64,000 nucleotides of DNA from Felis catus (Eukaryota), in NCBI RefSeq assembly GCF_018350175.1, contig NC_058383.1, positions 26,848,001-26,912,000 on the forward strand, written 5' to 3'. Positions 36,123 to 48,660 of this stretch are shown in pieces (positions within the stretch are counted from its first letter, which is position 1; each line of letters opens with the position of its first letter). Under the pieces are notes generated by a model. The model was not told where the DNA came from. It did not search any database and saw nothing but the letters and a program-made list of their open reading frames with translations. A program made the position numbers and the translations under genes.

Positions 36123-37267
36123 GTTCTGAATTTATCAGAATTTCGGGTCCCTGGTGCAGGCTGTGGAAATAAATGGTCAATGTCCCAGGTTCTGAGCCCT
36201 GGTCCTTTCCCATCACTGTGGCCTAGGTTTGAAGATGGATTGATTTTATCTTCAGCGACAACTGCAGAGGGCAAAATCCATGCCTTCATTCTGACATAGA
36301 GCAACTCTCTCTCCTCTGTGCCCCCACCACACCTCGGCCACTTTCTCGGACCAAAAAAGTTCTGACTAGTATGTTAATTATCTTTGTGCCTATCTTCTCC
36401 TCCTCCCCCACCCCCTTGTCCATAGTTAGATTGTGAGATTCCTGCAGGAAGGGACTGAGTCCCCAAAACCAGTTCTCTGTGCATATAAGGCATTCAATAA
36501 TTGTTGAATTTAAATTAAGTATAAGGTGGTTTGGCAAATAGAGGTTAGAAAGGCAAAACAGTATGTGGTTCAAAGCATAAAAAGAACATTGGACTAGGTA
36601 TCAGAAAATCTGACTTAGGCTTGGATTTGGTATTAACTGGTTGGCTGACCTTGGACAACCCAGTTGACTTCTCTGCGGTCAAGTTGACTTGTGTATATGA
36701 GGAGGTTGGACAGAATGATCCCTAGGTCCCCTTCAGCCCTGACGTGTTGGGATACACAAGTCCCTCTGGGTTTTTCTTTTGTCCTTGGGTCAAACGGCGC
36801 TAGAAATGAATCACTGCAGGTGCTGTCAGGAACCCCAGAGATTCAGGTCCGGCAGCGTCTGGGACAGGACGTGGCGGGGACTCCTCTCTACAGTCCACCC
36901 TTCTTGCAGAGCCGCCAGCGTCAGCCACACCAGCACAGCCCATACATCATTATTAGATTCCCTTCATCGTGCTAATTGACACAGGATGAAAAATACCCAG
37001 CGAAGGAAACAGCAAATGCTTTCGCATTCAGCTGGAGTGGCCGGCAAATGGGAGAAACTGCTGTAAAAGTTAACTGAGATTGAAAACGGGCATCCTTGCA
37101 TCTTGTAGGGTGAATGTTTCCTCTTAGGAAACCGGGTCCAATTGGCAGTGTGAGTGGTGGCGCTGACGGGAAGGGTGGCCCAGTGGTTCCACATCTGAAG
37201 CCTCTCAGGCGCCTGGGGTCCAGGTCCATGGAGAACCAGCAAAGAACAAATAAAGATCAAGAGGCTA

Positions 37268-37400
37268 GAGGCGCCTGGGTGGCTCAGTCGGTTAAGCACC
37301 CGACTCTTGATCTCAGCTCAGGTCTTGATCTCAGGGTCATGAGTTCAGTCCCCACGTTGGGCTCCTCAGTGGGTGCAAAGCCTACTTAAAAAAGAAAGGA
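37268..37400 (+). mobile_element. Short CAN-SINE (no CT tract)
   Basis: 'ggcgcctgggtggctcagtcggttaagc...gcctacttaaaaaag'. Confidence 0.9.
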
Positions 37401-37849
37401 AAGAAGGAAGGAAGGTCAAAAGGAAAGAGAAGGATGCTGCTTTTGTCATCCCAAACTGCAGTGACAATCACAGCCCCTTCTGGGTTTGAAGGTTGTTGGG
37501 TATTATTTTCTCATAAGAGTCTAGTGCTGAGCAAAGGTAGTGTGCAAGTCCTAGTCTTGGCTCTAAGGCAGTGCTTCCCTACTGGGAGAATGGGGATTTC
37601 AGCCCAGGAGACTCTGGACAAGGCCTGGAGACGTTTTTGTTTGTCACTAGCATCTCGTGAGTAGAGGCCAGGGGTCTTGCTAACCTCCAAACAATGTACC
37701 GTACAGCGGCTCTCAACAGAGAATGAGCCTGTCGAAAATGTCAGTAGTGTCAAGGGTGAGAATACCTGTCATAAAATCATCTGTGACTTTGGACGAGCCA
37801 CTGAACCTCTCCGGGCCACTCTCCCGTCAGGCTATCTTACTAAATTTAC

Positions 37850-38272
37850 ATGGTGTGGTAGACGGCCAGCAAAGATGGTCCCAATTCTCCCTCCCCCTGC
37901 CCACTGCAACATGACGCAGCTTCGGCTCGCCCTATTCAAATGCTGCAGAAGCGATAGCCCCAAGCTTAGGCCTCAGAGGTCTTGTGTAATTCTCTTTCCT
38001 TTGGAACCTGCCCCTGCTGTGTGAACAAGCCCAGGCTAGTCAGCTGGAGGACAAGATACCTGGTGGAAAACAGCCCAGGTCCCCTATCTTATGGCCGGCA
38101 ATCCTCCAAAATGTGAGAAAGAACCCAGCCGACAGCAAAACCATCCACCAGACCTACCGCCGACTACAGACCCCAGCTGACCCAGAGTCTCATGGACAAC
38201 AGTAGATTCTTACTGTTTTAACCCACTGAGTTTCGGGGTGATTCGCTGTGTAGCCATGAGCAGCTGGTACAG
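37850..38272 (+). mobile_element. MaLR (MLT1F/H-like) LTR
   Basis: 'tgtggtagacggccagcaaagatggtccc' start and 'tactgttttaacccactgagtttcggggt...ggtaca' end. Confidence 0.65.
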
Positions 38273-39192
38273 GGGCAGCTGAAATTCAGATTCAACTCAT
38301 GGTCAACTCTGAGCTGCACATGGAACTCCTCAAAATTTGCTTCGTTTCCTAATAGCTGACATTTTCTTAAGTCATAATTTTGCATGGCTCAAGATGTGCA
38401 TAACTGCACCTCTGATGCCCTATTAATGGAGCTGAGCAAGCCCTATCTGGAGACAGGTTTGCTTCAGGTCAGTTTTATTCACTTGTGTCACAGCAAGCCA
38501 GAGAAACCAACTCTGACATAAACAATAGCCAAAGGGCGTTTACGAGAAGGACACTGGGAAGCTGATGAATAAACAGTCCTCAGGGACATCAGGACTCAGG
38601 GCCCCTCCAGGGATCTTGGCAGCAGGGATTTGTGATTCTCCTTCTAGAATGCTGTCAAGGGTGACCACGGTGTCCTAGCCACCTCCTCTCCCTCTGTGTA
38701 AGTGCTCAGGATTCAAATGACAGGACGGGAGAATCTGACTTCCTTGTGTCACCTGCCCTGTTGCTAGAGGCTGTGCCGTTTGATCGGCAGCTCTTCCAAC
38801 CCCACGTGGAGTGGGAAAGGGGCATCAGATAGAAGCAAAAGATGCGCTCTGCCTCGGTGCTGCCCTCCCCTGTCCCTGTGTCCTCAGCGTTACAGATCCA
38901 GACAGGTGCAGGCAGTGTGTTTAGGATGTTTGGTGTATGTTCTGGACACTCTGGGTGTCTCATCATGGCTGTTTCATCAAGACATATTTCATGCCTAAGT
39001 TGGAAAATGGAAAAGCTTAGTCAGAAGTTAAAAATCAAACGTAGCACTGCTGTTGATGCCCATGTAACCTTCCAGGTCACTCTGGCCTTGACATACAGAT
39101 GTCAGAATTCAGGGTGATGTGTTGGGAGTGAATGAGGAGTGAGGAGAGAGATGGTCTCCCTTTGAAGCACTTCAGTGAAGACCTCATTCTTT

Positions 39193-39403
39193 TTTGTTGT
39201 TGTTGTTTTTTCTTTTTAATGTTTATTTATTTTTGAGACAGTGTGAGAGAGTTCAAGCAGTGGAGGGGCAGACAGAGGGAGACACAGAATCTCCCTCCGA
39301 GCTGTCAGCCCAGAGCCCAACGCGGGGCTTGAACTCACGAACTGTGAGATCATGACCTGAGTTGAAGTTGGACGCTCAACCAACTGAGCCACTCAGGCGC
39401 CCC
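39193..39403 (-). mobile_element. CAN-SINE (SINEC_Fc) with small internal deletion
   Basis: TSD gaagac(c/t)tcattcttt (39177-39192, 39404-39419). Confidence 0.95.
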
Positions 39404-41094
39404 GAAGACTTCATTCTTTGAGTCACATTTGGACAAGGACATGTTCTGTCACTTGGACCATCATAAATGCCACATTACCAAGAGGACCACCCAAGATTCT
39501 CCTGGTCAGACATTACATTCTGCTGTCTGTAAGCACCCCAAGATCCCAAAGTGTCCCAACTATAGAAGCAAATGAGTTCCCTACTTCTCATCTGAAAATG
39601 AAGAAAGCTGGACAAAACCAGTGGTTTCTAATTTTTCTTTTGACCTTCTGGAACTTCTATACTGAAGCTAAGCATGTCCAACAGAGAAATATGGAGACTT
39701 TCTTGTAGAAGCAGTTGTGGGTGTGTTGGGGGTGGAGAAGAAGAACAAGAAGGGAGCAGACGGGAGCCCTTCCCACACGTGGCTTCCCCTTTGCTCCCTT
39801 GTGGCTCCAGAAACGTCTCTATGGACCCTCTTGGGTCTGGGGACCGCTGACCATGGAGGCCTCTGCAAGGTTTGAGTACAACCCTCCGTGAGCAGATGTG
39901 AGGCACTGGCCTTCTCCAGTGCTGAAGGGCAAAAGACAAATGTGACAAAAAAGCCACGGAGATGACAGATGCGGGACCAAATCCCCCAGGCACTGAAACT
40001 GGAGGTAATTCAGCATTTTCACCAAAGACGAGAGTGTGTTTGGGGGATAGCCTTCCGAGTTTGGGATGTGACAGAGGAACAGTCTTGGGACCGAGCATTC
40101 TCAGTTCTGCACTGTGGTGGCTGACAAGTCACGTCACGGCTCTGTGTCTCTATGTCCTCCTCTGTGAGCATCTCCTTCCCAGAGTAGGAAGTAGATTCGA
40201 ATGGAACACCGAGGTGCTCGGCAGAGCGTTCCAGAAGCGTTCGCTCTTAGCACTATTAATATTGTTGTCGGCGAGGCATTTGATAGCCATGATCAGAGCG
40301 GTGAAGCCTTTGCTCTTTTCTTCTCATCACACTGCCTTGTGCAAACGAGGAAATGAAGAAGGGGGCTTGCCTTCTGAGCACACTAGGAGTTTGCCCTCTT
40401 GAGCGCTCTCGCTGCCGAGGCTGGGAACCCAGCCCCCTTTCTCTCTCTTCCAGAGGGCCATTTTCTTTGCCTTTTGTCCCCTGGCAAGAACACCAGGAGA
40501 GAAATTAAAGCCAAAAGGGCTAAACTGTCTGCGATAGGAGAACAGAGCGTGTGATAATGATATATAAAGCTAAAAGCACTAAGTGGGCAAAACTGGTGCT
40601 CCAGAGTGAGTAAAACCAAGATAAATCTGTCCCTTGAGAGCTATAACACATAACTCAAATAACAGGAGCAGCAGGGGTCCACAGTCCCCTGGAAGACCAG
40701 TTTATAGTCGTGTGGAGCAGAGCCTCCGCTCGGCATCGGTAATTCCCTGTGCTCAGGGCTGGCAGTGGTGGCCAGCCCCTGGGGTTACAGCTGTTGGGAG
40801 CAAGCCTTTTGCTGGAAACTGGGCACATACAGCCCACCCTGTCTGCAGCAGAAACCTGAGGTCCCACCCCAGCCCCACTGTGGAATGGTGGGGTAGGGGG
40901 AGAACTAGAGGGATGCCTAGGAGACCTGAAGTTTAGTGTTGGACTGTGTGACCTTGACCAACTTACCTTGCCTCTCTGAACCCCAGTTTTCTTACGCCAA
41001 AGTTGGAGATAGAAACGTCCGCTGTTGTGAGGATGTGCAGAAACCCATTCAGCAGCGTGGCTTCACAGGTGTGTTTTTTGACATTCTTTTAAAG

Positions 41095-41260
41095 GAGTGG
41101 TTCCCAAAGTGGAATCCCTTGAAGGAACAGTAGCAGCATCCCTTGGGATCGTGTTAGAAATTCACATTCTTGGGCCACATCCTAGACCTACTGAGTCAGC
41201 AATGCCCCACAATCTGTGTTTCTCCAAGCCTTCTGATGCATGCTAACACTTAATAGCCAT
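41095..41260. mobile_element. MER5A DNA transposon
   Basis: 'agtggttcccaaagt...cagcatcccttggga..gtgttagaaatt...tagacctactgagtcag'. Confidence 0.7.
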
Positions 41261-42831
41261 TTCTTTTTTGAAAAGTGGCTCCAACTTGTATTCTTGTCCC
41301 CTCATTTCTTAGTTTGCTAACTAAACTCATTAGTAAGGATGGCAGAGGCTCAGTGTCCAGGGTGTCAGCTGGGCTTCGGGGCAGTTCCTGGGATTGGCCA
41401 TGACAGTCCTTGTTCCAGGAGGCATTTGATGAGGGATTCTAGCAGTGGGCTGGGCACCTCTCACAGGGCTCTCTGCAGGTGTCTGTGGTCCCTTCATTCC
41501 AGAGTCAACTGCCTTTGCTCCTTTTGCTGCCTTTGCTCTTCTCCTTCTTCCCTCCCCCCAGACTCAAGAAATGCATTCAGTCAGGGAGGTGAGAACTTAT
41601 GCCCCATTTCCTTTAAAGGGATGGGGGGGGGTGCTTTTGTAGCTTAAGAGCCCAAATTTTACAACTTACAACATGAGACGTTTGAAGTGGAAAGTCTTCT
41701 CTCTGCTGTTCGGCAACCTCTTCCTTAAATAAATCATTGTCTTGGAACCTAGTTGCTGCTAGCGTGGGGGAAGAAAGAATAAGGAGTAACAAGAGCCACG
41801 TCAAAGGAAGAGCATAGGCAGGGATTTCAAAGGCAATGTCTTGCCACATGTACTTGTAACACACAGGGGCCATCCATTCCACTGAGCCTCACAAGGGCTT
41901 AGGAAACTATTCACATCACTTTCTCGGGAGGCCAGGCACCCATATTCACAATGCCGCTCGTGTACAGTTTCCTATCCCACTGCCAATTGCCCTTATAATA
42001 ACTTTCCATCCTATAGATAACTTGGGTCTCTCTCCCTTCTGACGCCAGAGAACTTAGCTAGCTGGAGTGATCTGTTTCCATGTTTCCTCATGCCCATCTG
42101 GGTACGCCATTGGAAAGAGCTGGATGGAGAAACTGCTCTGTGTGTGTTTCAAAACCTCATTATGCTGGTTTCAATGTGACTTTTAGTAGTTAACATTCTG
42201 AGCAACGTGGATTTTGTGGTTCCACACTTTTCACTGTGATCTCACTGTTGTGTATCTAGTGGGGTGAGGATTTAAAGGCATCACAAGGAGACAGCTTCCA
42301 TCTGGTTAGAGATGCAAAGAAGATTTGTGGCCGTTCTTGGAAGTGTAAAACTCCACATTCAGCTGGACTGAGAGAGGGGTCGGGTGGGCGTTTCAATTTG
42401 ATGTTTACATGATGCATTAGCATTTCTAAAATGTACTAATATACATTAAACATTAAAATGTAGTTTGGGCAGGTAACTACTATGAGCTGGGTCAGAATAA
42501 GAGGGATTAAGATATAAGGACCAGTCAGAAAGTTACCAAGGAGTGATAGAACGTATTTCTTTGAATCACGACTTCAGTTGCATAGGAAAGGCTGTGTCAG
42601 GGCAGAGCATTCTTCGTAATGGGAAGCCCTAACTGTTACCACTTTGTAACTGCTCTTCAAGAAGAATATTCTAGAGGGTTCCCTTATAAAGATGCAGTAA
42701 TCCTACTAGGCTAAAGCCAGAGTAATTGCATGAAGTATGAAGAGGTCACCAAGCTGGTTCTGAAGATGATCTTGGTTTCAGTTTTCCCATGGCCATTTGC
42801 CCAGTCTTGACCAATGAACAGATAGAGTAAT

Positions 42832-43189
42832 TCTAGTTCTAGGTCTGGGCCCAAGTCTAGGTCTAATGTAGCTCCAGTTCTAGGTCCAGGTCTAGATCCA
42901 GGTCCAGGTCTAGATATAGTTTTAGGTGCAGGTCTACTTATAGGTCTAGCTCTAGGTATTGGGTGTAGGTGTAGGTCTAGGTCTAGCCCTAGTTATATAT
43001 CTAGTTCTGGGTCTAGCTCTGGTCTAGGTCCTGCTTTAGTTCCAGGCCCTTTCCTTGTCCAGATCTAGCTCTAGGTCTAATTCTAGGTCCAGACCTAGCT
43101 CCAGTTCTAGGTCTAGCTCTGGTCTATGTCCATGTTCTAGGTCCAGACCTAACTCTAGGTCTAGGTCTAGGTCTAGGTCTAGGTCTAGT
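42832..43189 (+). repeat. Degenerate (TCTAGG)n hexamer array, about 60 units
   Basis: Directly visible; units TCTAGG/TCCAGG/TCTAGC/TCTAGT/TCYAGA, with a perfect run at the 3' end. Confidence 0.9.
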
Positions 43190-44011
43190 CACCACACTGA
43201 CTTGCCTTTCTTGCTCAGCAGAGAAATGGTAGTTACTCCCTTACCTGGGAGGTTGTGTTCTATCTAGAGGATCAGATGATAAAGACACAGAAGAGCTGAC
43301 AACCTTGAGCCAACATGGCTTTGGCTGACCATCAGAATTGCCAAGGCAGGCCCATATGATTTCAGTTCTTCAGACCTGCATCCCCTCAGAGGCACACGTT
43401 CCTGAGTCCAGTGGACACCCAACTGACTTGTTCCAGAAAGGGAAAGTAGACCTGGGTTTTGGCTGTCCTTTCTGAGAGTGAAGTTTCACCCCTTGTCCTT
43501 CTTGCCTTGTTGTAACGCACCAGCCACAATGACCCCTTGGAAGTTTGCAGCTGAATTCGGACATCAGACAGTCAGTTACATCCCTCCCGTCAGATAACGA
43601 AGAGCTCAGATGCCACTGAGGAGGGCGATTGGGATTCAGCTAGCATGGAACGATACCTGCTGCACGGGATGGCAGCAAGGAGGCCCACAGAGCTAGGTGC
43701 ATCGCTGAATTCATTCTGTCCTGGCTTGGCAGGCATGTGGTTGGTTCTGGGTTCCGTCAGCCCCTCTCCCAGCACTTGCCAGGAAATCCAGATCGATATA
43801 GATTGATGAAGGTGAGGAAGATTATTGACTGGAAGAAGAGGTTTAGTAATGTTGAAAATGGAGAAAGATATGCAGTGTGACTGCCTTGGAAACTTCCATG
43901 AGGAAAGTTTTCCCACCTTGGACCACTCCCCACTTTTATAGTGGGGAGTGGGGAAAAAATAATGGACTAGGAGCCAGGAGGTCTCTGTTCTGCCATCTAT
44001 CTCCATCTAAT

Positions 44012-44012
<1 letters not shown>

Positions 44013-44050
<38 letters not shown>

Positions 44051-44267
44051 TTTACATTTATTTATTTATTTAGAGGGAGAGAGAGAGAGTGAGCACACAT
44101 ACACACAAGCAGGGGAGGGGCAGAGAGAGGGAGAGAGAGAATCCCAAGCAGGTTCCGTGCTGTCATGTCAGAGCCCAACATGGGGCTTGATCTCATGAAC
44201 CACGAGATCATGACCTTAACTAAAACCAAGAGTCTGATGCTTAATGACTAAGCCGCCCACGTGCCCC
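44013..44267 (-). mobile_element. CAN-SINE with (CT)n-expanded tail
   Basis: Antisense body; TSD tccatct(a/g)att. Confidence 0.9.
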
Positions 44268-44449
44268 TACATCCATCTGATTGTTGGACCCCAAACCCAT
44301 CCCCTAAAACTATAATGCCCTAGTAAAGCACCACTATGTTGCCAGCACTAATTAGTAGATTAGTAAAGCGCTAATCTATGTTGCCAGAGCATGTTCAAAC
44401 TACCCCCTTTGATTGCTGGTTAACACCTTCTTTGCCCTTCTAACTCATG

Positions 44450-44960
44450 GATGTCAGAACTCATTAGTAGCAAGAAATGGAAAATCTAGCTCAAACAGAC
44501 TCAAGTAACAGAGGATACCGGTTGGCTATGTAACTGACTTAGTTTTAAGCACTGCTGGATCTAGGAATCCCAATGGTTTCATCAGGACTCAGGTTCTTGC
44601 CATCTTAGTTCTGCTTTCCTCTATGTTAACCCTGTTTTCAGCAGGCTCCCTCCTCCTGATGGCAAAATGGCTGCCAGAAATGCTCAGCTTATGTCCTCAA
44701 AGCTTCAAGTTCAGTGCAGCAGAGAGCCTGCCTCAGTCCCAGCATTCTTAGCAAAAGTTTCCCTGTGTATCGCTGGCTTTGGAAGGGTCATATGATATTC
44801 TTGATTTGGGATGAGGCCAAGTGTTCTCCCATCCCCATCTCTGCATGAGGTGAAGCCCAGTTGAATCGCTTGGGCTAAAAGTAGGGAGAGAGTTGATGCC
44901 AAATGAAAAGTGGGGAGTGTTACAAGAAGAGGGACTGGATGAATGCAATTGTATCCACAC
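44450..44960 (-). mobile_element. Old MaLR (MLT1K/L-like) LTR fragment
   Basis: 'tagcaagaaatggaaaatctagctcaaac...ttggctatgtaactga...gatggcaaaatggctgccag'. Confidence 0.55.
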
Positions 44961-44991
44961 TATCTCACCTCCCGAAATGTGGCCTGAAGGT

Positions 44992-45577
44992 TGACAAAGA
45001 CACTGCCCTTGACCAAACGTTAGGCTCCTCTGAACCATTTTCTCAACTGGGCCCTGATTTTTGGACTCCTGTGTTTATTTGTATTGCAAAAGTCCTGCTA
45101 AGTTGGTTTAGCCAGAAATCCTCCTTTACCTCTGATGTTTCCTCCTTCTAACTTTCTCTCTTTTTTTTAAATTTTTTAAAAATGTTTTTATTTATTTTTG
45201 AGAGAGAGACAGAGACAGAGCACGAGCTGGGGAGGGGCAGAGAGAGAGAGAGACACAGAATCTGAAGCAGGCTCCAGGCTCCTAGCTGTCAGCACAGAGC
45301 CCGACCTGGGGCTCCAAGTAGCAAACCGTGAGATCATGACATGAGCTGAAGTCAGACACTTAACCGACTGAGCCACCCAGGTGCCCCTCCTCCTTGTCAC
45401 TTTGTATCTACTCACATCCCTGCCTACTCTTTGGCCATAAATCCTCACTTGTTAATGCTGGATTCCAAGATGAGCCCAGTTTCTCACGGAGGTTTCTCTT
45501 CCTCCTCTTGCAGTAGTCCTGAATGAAATCTGTTTTTACTATTTTCATGACTTCCCAGCTCTGATTTTTCTTTGACA
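44992..45577 (+). mobile_element. ERV1 solo LTR (MER31/MER67-like), interrupted by a SINE
   Basis: Starts TGACAAAGA..CCCTTGACCAAAC, ends ..TTCTTTGACA; near-match 4-bp TSD aggt/acgt. Confidence 0.7.
45161..45387 (-). mobile_element. CAN-SINE (SINEC_Fc)
   Basis: Full antisense element flanked by tcctccttc / tcctccttg. Confidence 0.95.
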
Positions 45578-45717
45578 ACGTTCTTCAGTAGCAGGGAAGG
45601 TGAGTTCTGGTATTAGTTCTAGCAACTGGCATGTTACAAATTCCTAAAATTAGCTAGAATTTGTAAGAGGTTTTTGTTTTGTTTGTTTGTTTTTAATTTT
45701 TAAAATAAGTTAGAGTT

Positions 45718-45832
45718 GGGGGACCTGGGTGGCTCAGTTAGTTAAGCATCTGACTTGATTTCAGCTCATGACCTCACAATCATGAGATCGAGCCCTCAAG
45801 TGGGCTTCCTGCTGGATGTGGAGAATACTTAG

Positions 45833-45885
<53 letters not shown>

Positions 45886-45930
45886 CCCTCCCTCCCTCCC
45901 CCTCAAAAAATTAATTAATTTAAAAAATTT
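45718..45930 (+). mobile_element. CAN-SINE (older subfamily) with long (CT)n
   Basis: ggggggacctgggtggctcag-like head, (CT) tract of about 20 units, degenerate TSD. Confidence 0.9.
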
Positions 45931-48459
45931 AAGTAAGCTAGAATCCTTAGAGAGCTTCTCAGTGATGGATCTGTAGACATTTCTTATACTATTGGTTCTT
46001 TTTCTGTAAAAATGTGAAACTTTTTATAACAAAAACGCATCCCCCAAATAATGTGGATTTCACTCGTTTTCCAAAACACTTTCTTGTATGTTGGTGACGG
46101 GGTGATGTGCCACGTGAGGAGCCTGAGAGGTCAGCGAAGGTGTTCTGGAGAAGTGACAGCTAAATTGAGTCGAAAGATGAGGGAGGAGAGAACAGCTGTG
46201 TGAGTGTGCGTTTTGAATACAAGGTGGGAAGTCGTCTGCGTACCATACAGTGCCATGAAATCATTGGAATCATGTGGTAAAAGCATAGCTTTTAAATGTT
46301 AACCTGTTTTTCCCCTCACTCACTTTGCATCCTCATTGCCTTGGTTTCTCTCCAAGCCATTCTATGTTCGCTCTGGCATATGACAGCAAAGAGAAAAAGG
46401 GAGTCTTTTCCGGGCTTTTTAATGCCAAAGCCAAGGCTGAAGGGGAACAGAAAAGAAACAGAGTTACCTACTCCTCTCCACCTCCAGACTAGCTGGAGGA
46501 AGGGAGAGATCCAGAAGTTCTGTGCCTGGCGCTTTCCAGTGGGAAAAAGCTGGGGAGAAAAGAGTACAGGCTGGTGCCCCATGCTGTGGACCATTATGCA
46601 GCCCTTAAAATAAACACATCAAGTCTATATCAGTTCATTTGGAGGGGGTTCCACATGTGCTTTCTAGTTCATGACACAAGCAAGATGTAGAAAATGTATG
46701 TCATAAGACCCCTTTTCATAAAACACAGAATGACCCCGACCCATTGTTAACAGACAAAATTACATGTTTCCCTCTATTTATATAAACATGAACAAGAGGA
46801 AGATATACCTTGCCTCCTAACATTGTTGACTTGGGGAGAGAAAAAAGATGGAAAGGAAGTAAAAAAAAAAAAAAAAAAAAGTTCCTTCGTTCCTTGTAAC
46901 CTTATAACCTTCACCGCTGGATGGCTAATTTGTCCTAATCATGGCGGTAAATCTATCCCGAAGCCAGGAACTCTCATCAAACTGGTGATGGTTGCTTGGA
47001 GAGGTGGGGAGGGTTGCAGAACTTTCCTGTCCTGCTTACACATTTCTGTATTGCTTAGTGCTCTACAGACATTCAGGTACACATTGTGTCTCTGATTATA
47101 AAAAGCAATCCATATTATATATGGAAAAGAGAGAGGTGTGTACATATACAGGTTTTACAGTAAGAGTGCACAATAAAAAAGCATTTATGATAGTTCCATT
47201 TATGTGGCGGGAGGACATGGGAAAATATAACCACCAACTCAAACAGAACAGATACATATAAGGAAATTTAAGACAAATAACAGTAACATTTTGGGTTCAG
47301 ATTGTTTTTACAAGGTTCATGGGCTTCCCCACGTTTAAGCAGGCAAAAACATCTGAAAGATAACACAAGTATAAATTTACTGACACACAATAGACACCTG
47401 ATAAAGGGTTTAAAGGGAAGTGATAGGATTCTCAAAATCCTTTAAAGCTGTTGTCATTGTGGAGAGAAAAAAGAACTTGGCTTGGAGAAGCCAAGGGTAG
47501 CCAAGGAAGAAGCTCACACTATCCTCTCATTAGAAAGAAAAGCAAGCGTGGATTTGATTCGGGAGGTCCAAAAATGATGGCGAGGAGAAGAGAGCTTTCC
47601 AACCTGCCACCTTACAGCCAGAACTTTGCAGCAAGGGCTGTGGACCTCATGCATCAGATGTGACAAGACTTCACCTTCTGACCATGAGCAAAGGCAGGAC
47701 ACGAGAGGCGCCTTCAATTTCCTGTTACTGTTGTTTGAGTTTGCAGGGCTTGAAAACGGCACAAGCGAAGAGCCACTGGTGCTGCTTTCCTGATGCCCTG
47801 GCTAAGCTGGCAGCTGCTCTTCTGTCATTCCTCTGTCCATCTGAATGAGCAGAGATGGGCTTGCATGCACCGTTTTATACCCAAGGGCCAAGCAGAGCAT
47901 CTGGCACAGGGCGGCTGCTCAGAAACTCTTGGGTAAATGCACGAATAGGTGAGGAAATGAGTGAATGAAATAAATTTGCACCTGAGAGGAAACCTTGCCA
48001 CAGCTTTGAATTATTCCTGCAGGCGAGGGTGGCTTCGTGGAAAGCCATCCCTCATCCTTCCCAGCCCTTTCCTATACAAGGACCCACTCGAGGATAATGG
48101 CCCCTTGGCTCTCAGTTCGCAGATGGCAGCCATGGAATGAAGCAAAATTAACTGCCCTTCATCAGCCTCCTCATGAAACACTGCCAGACCCCTATCACAT
48201 GCAAGACACTAACCAGGAATGTCAAGTGGGAGAGAGGAGGAATACTGGGAACTCTTGGCTCTCAAGGAATTTTCAGACTTGCGGGGAAGCTATTAGACAA
48301 AGACATAAAAACGTCCCCTCCTAAAATAGAAGACTATACCCAGACAGACACTGTAGGTAGTCAACCCTGTCAGAACTCTGGGGAGAACGGTGCTGGAGGA
48401 GTGACATCAGATGCCACAAGTGGTTCCTTAAAGGAAAGAGAACACAGGAAAGCACAGTA

Positions 48460-48660
48460 GCTCAGAACACGGGCTCTGAAGCTAGATCACTTGGCTTGGA
48501 TTCCAACTCTCACCACTGTCAGACCTCGGACACAACATTCAAATTTCCCCATCTGCAAAATGTGGAGAGTGCTGGTAATAATCTCCCAATGGTGAGGATT
48601 AAGAGTGCAGATACATACGAAAGCTTACAACAGTGACTGGCACATCATAGATGGGCTATG
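48460..48660 (+). mobile_element. MIR SINE
   Basis: 'cacgggctctgaagctagat...tttccccatctgcaaaatg...gtgaggattaa...tggcacat'. Confidence 0.65.

Noticed and set aside
39628..40402. 146-156 aa ORFs
   Set aside because: Overlapping on opposite strands with no recognisable domain or exon context; consistent with chance in GC-richer DNA.
42832..43189. Interstitial telomeric repeat or CRISPR-like array
   Set aside because: The unit is TCTAGG, not TTAGGG; there is no repeat-spacer architecture, and the DNA is mammalian.
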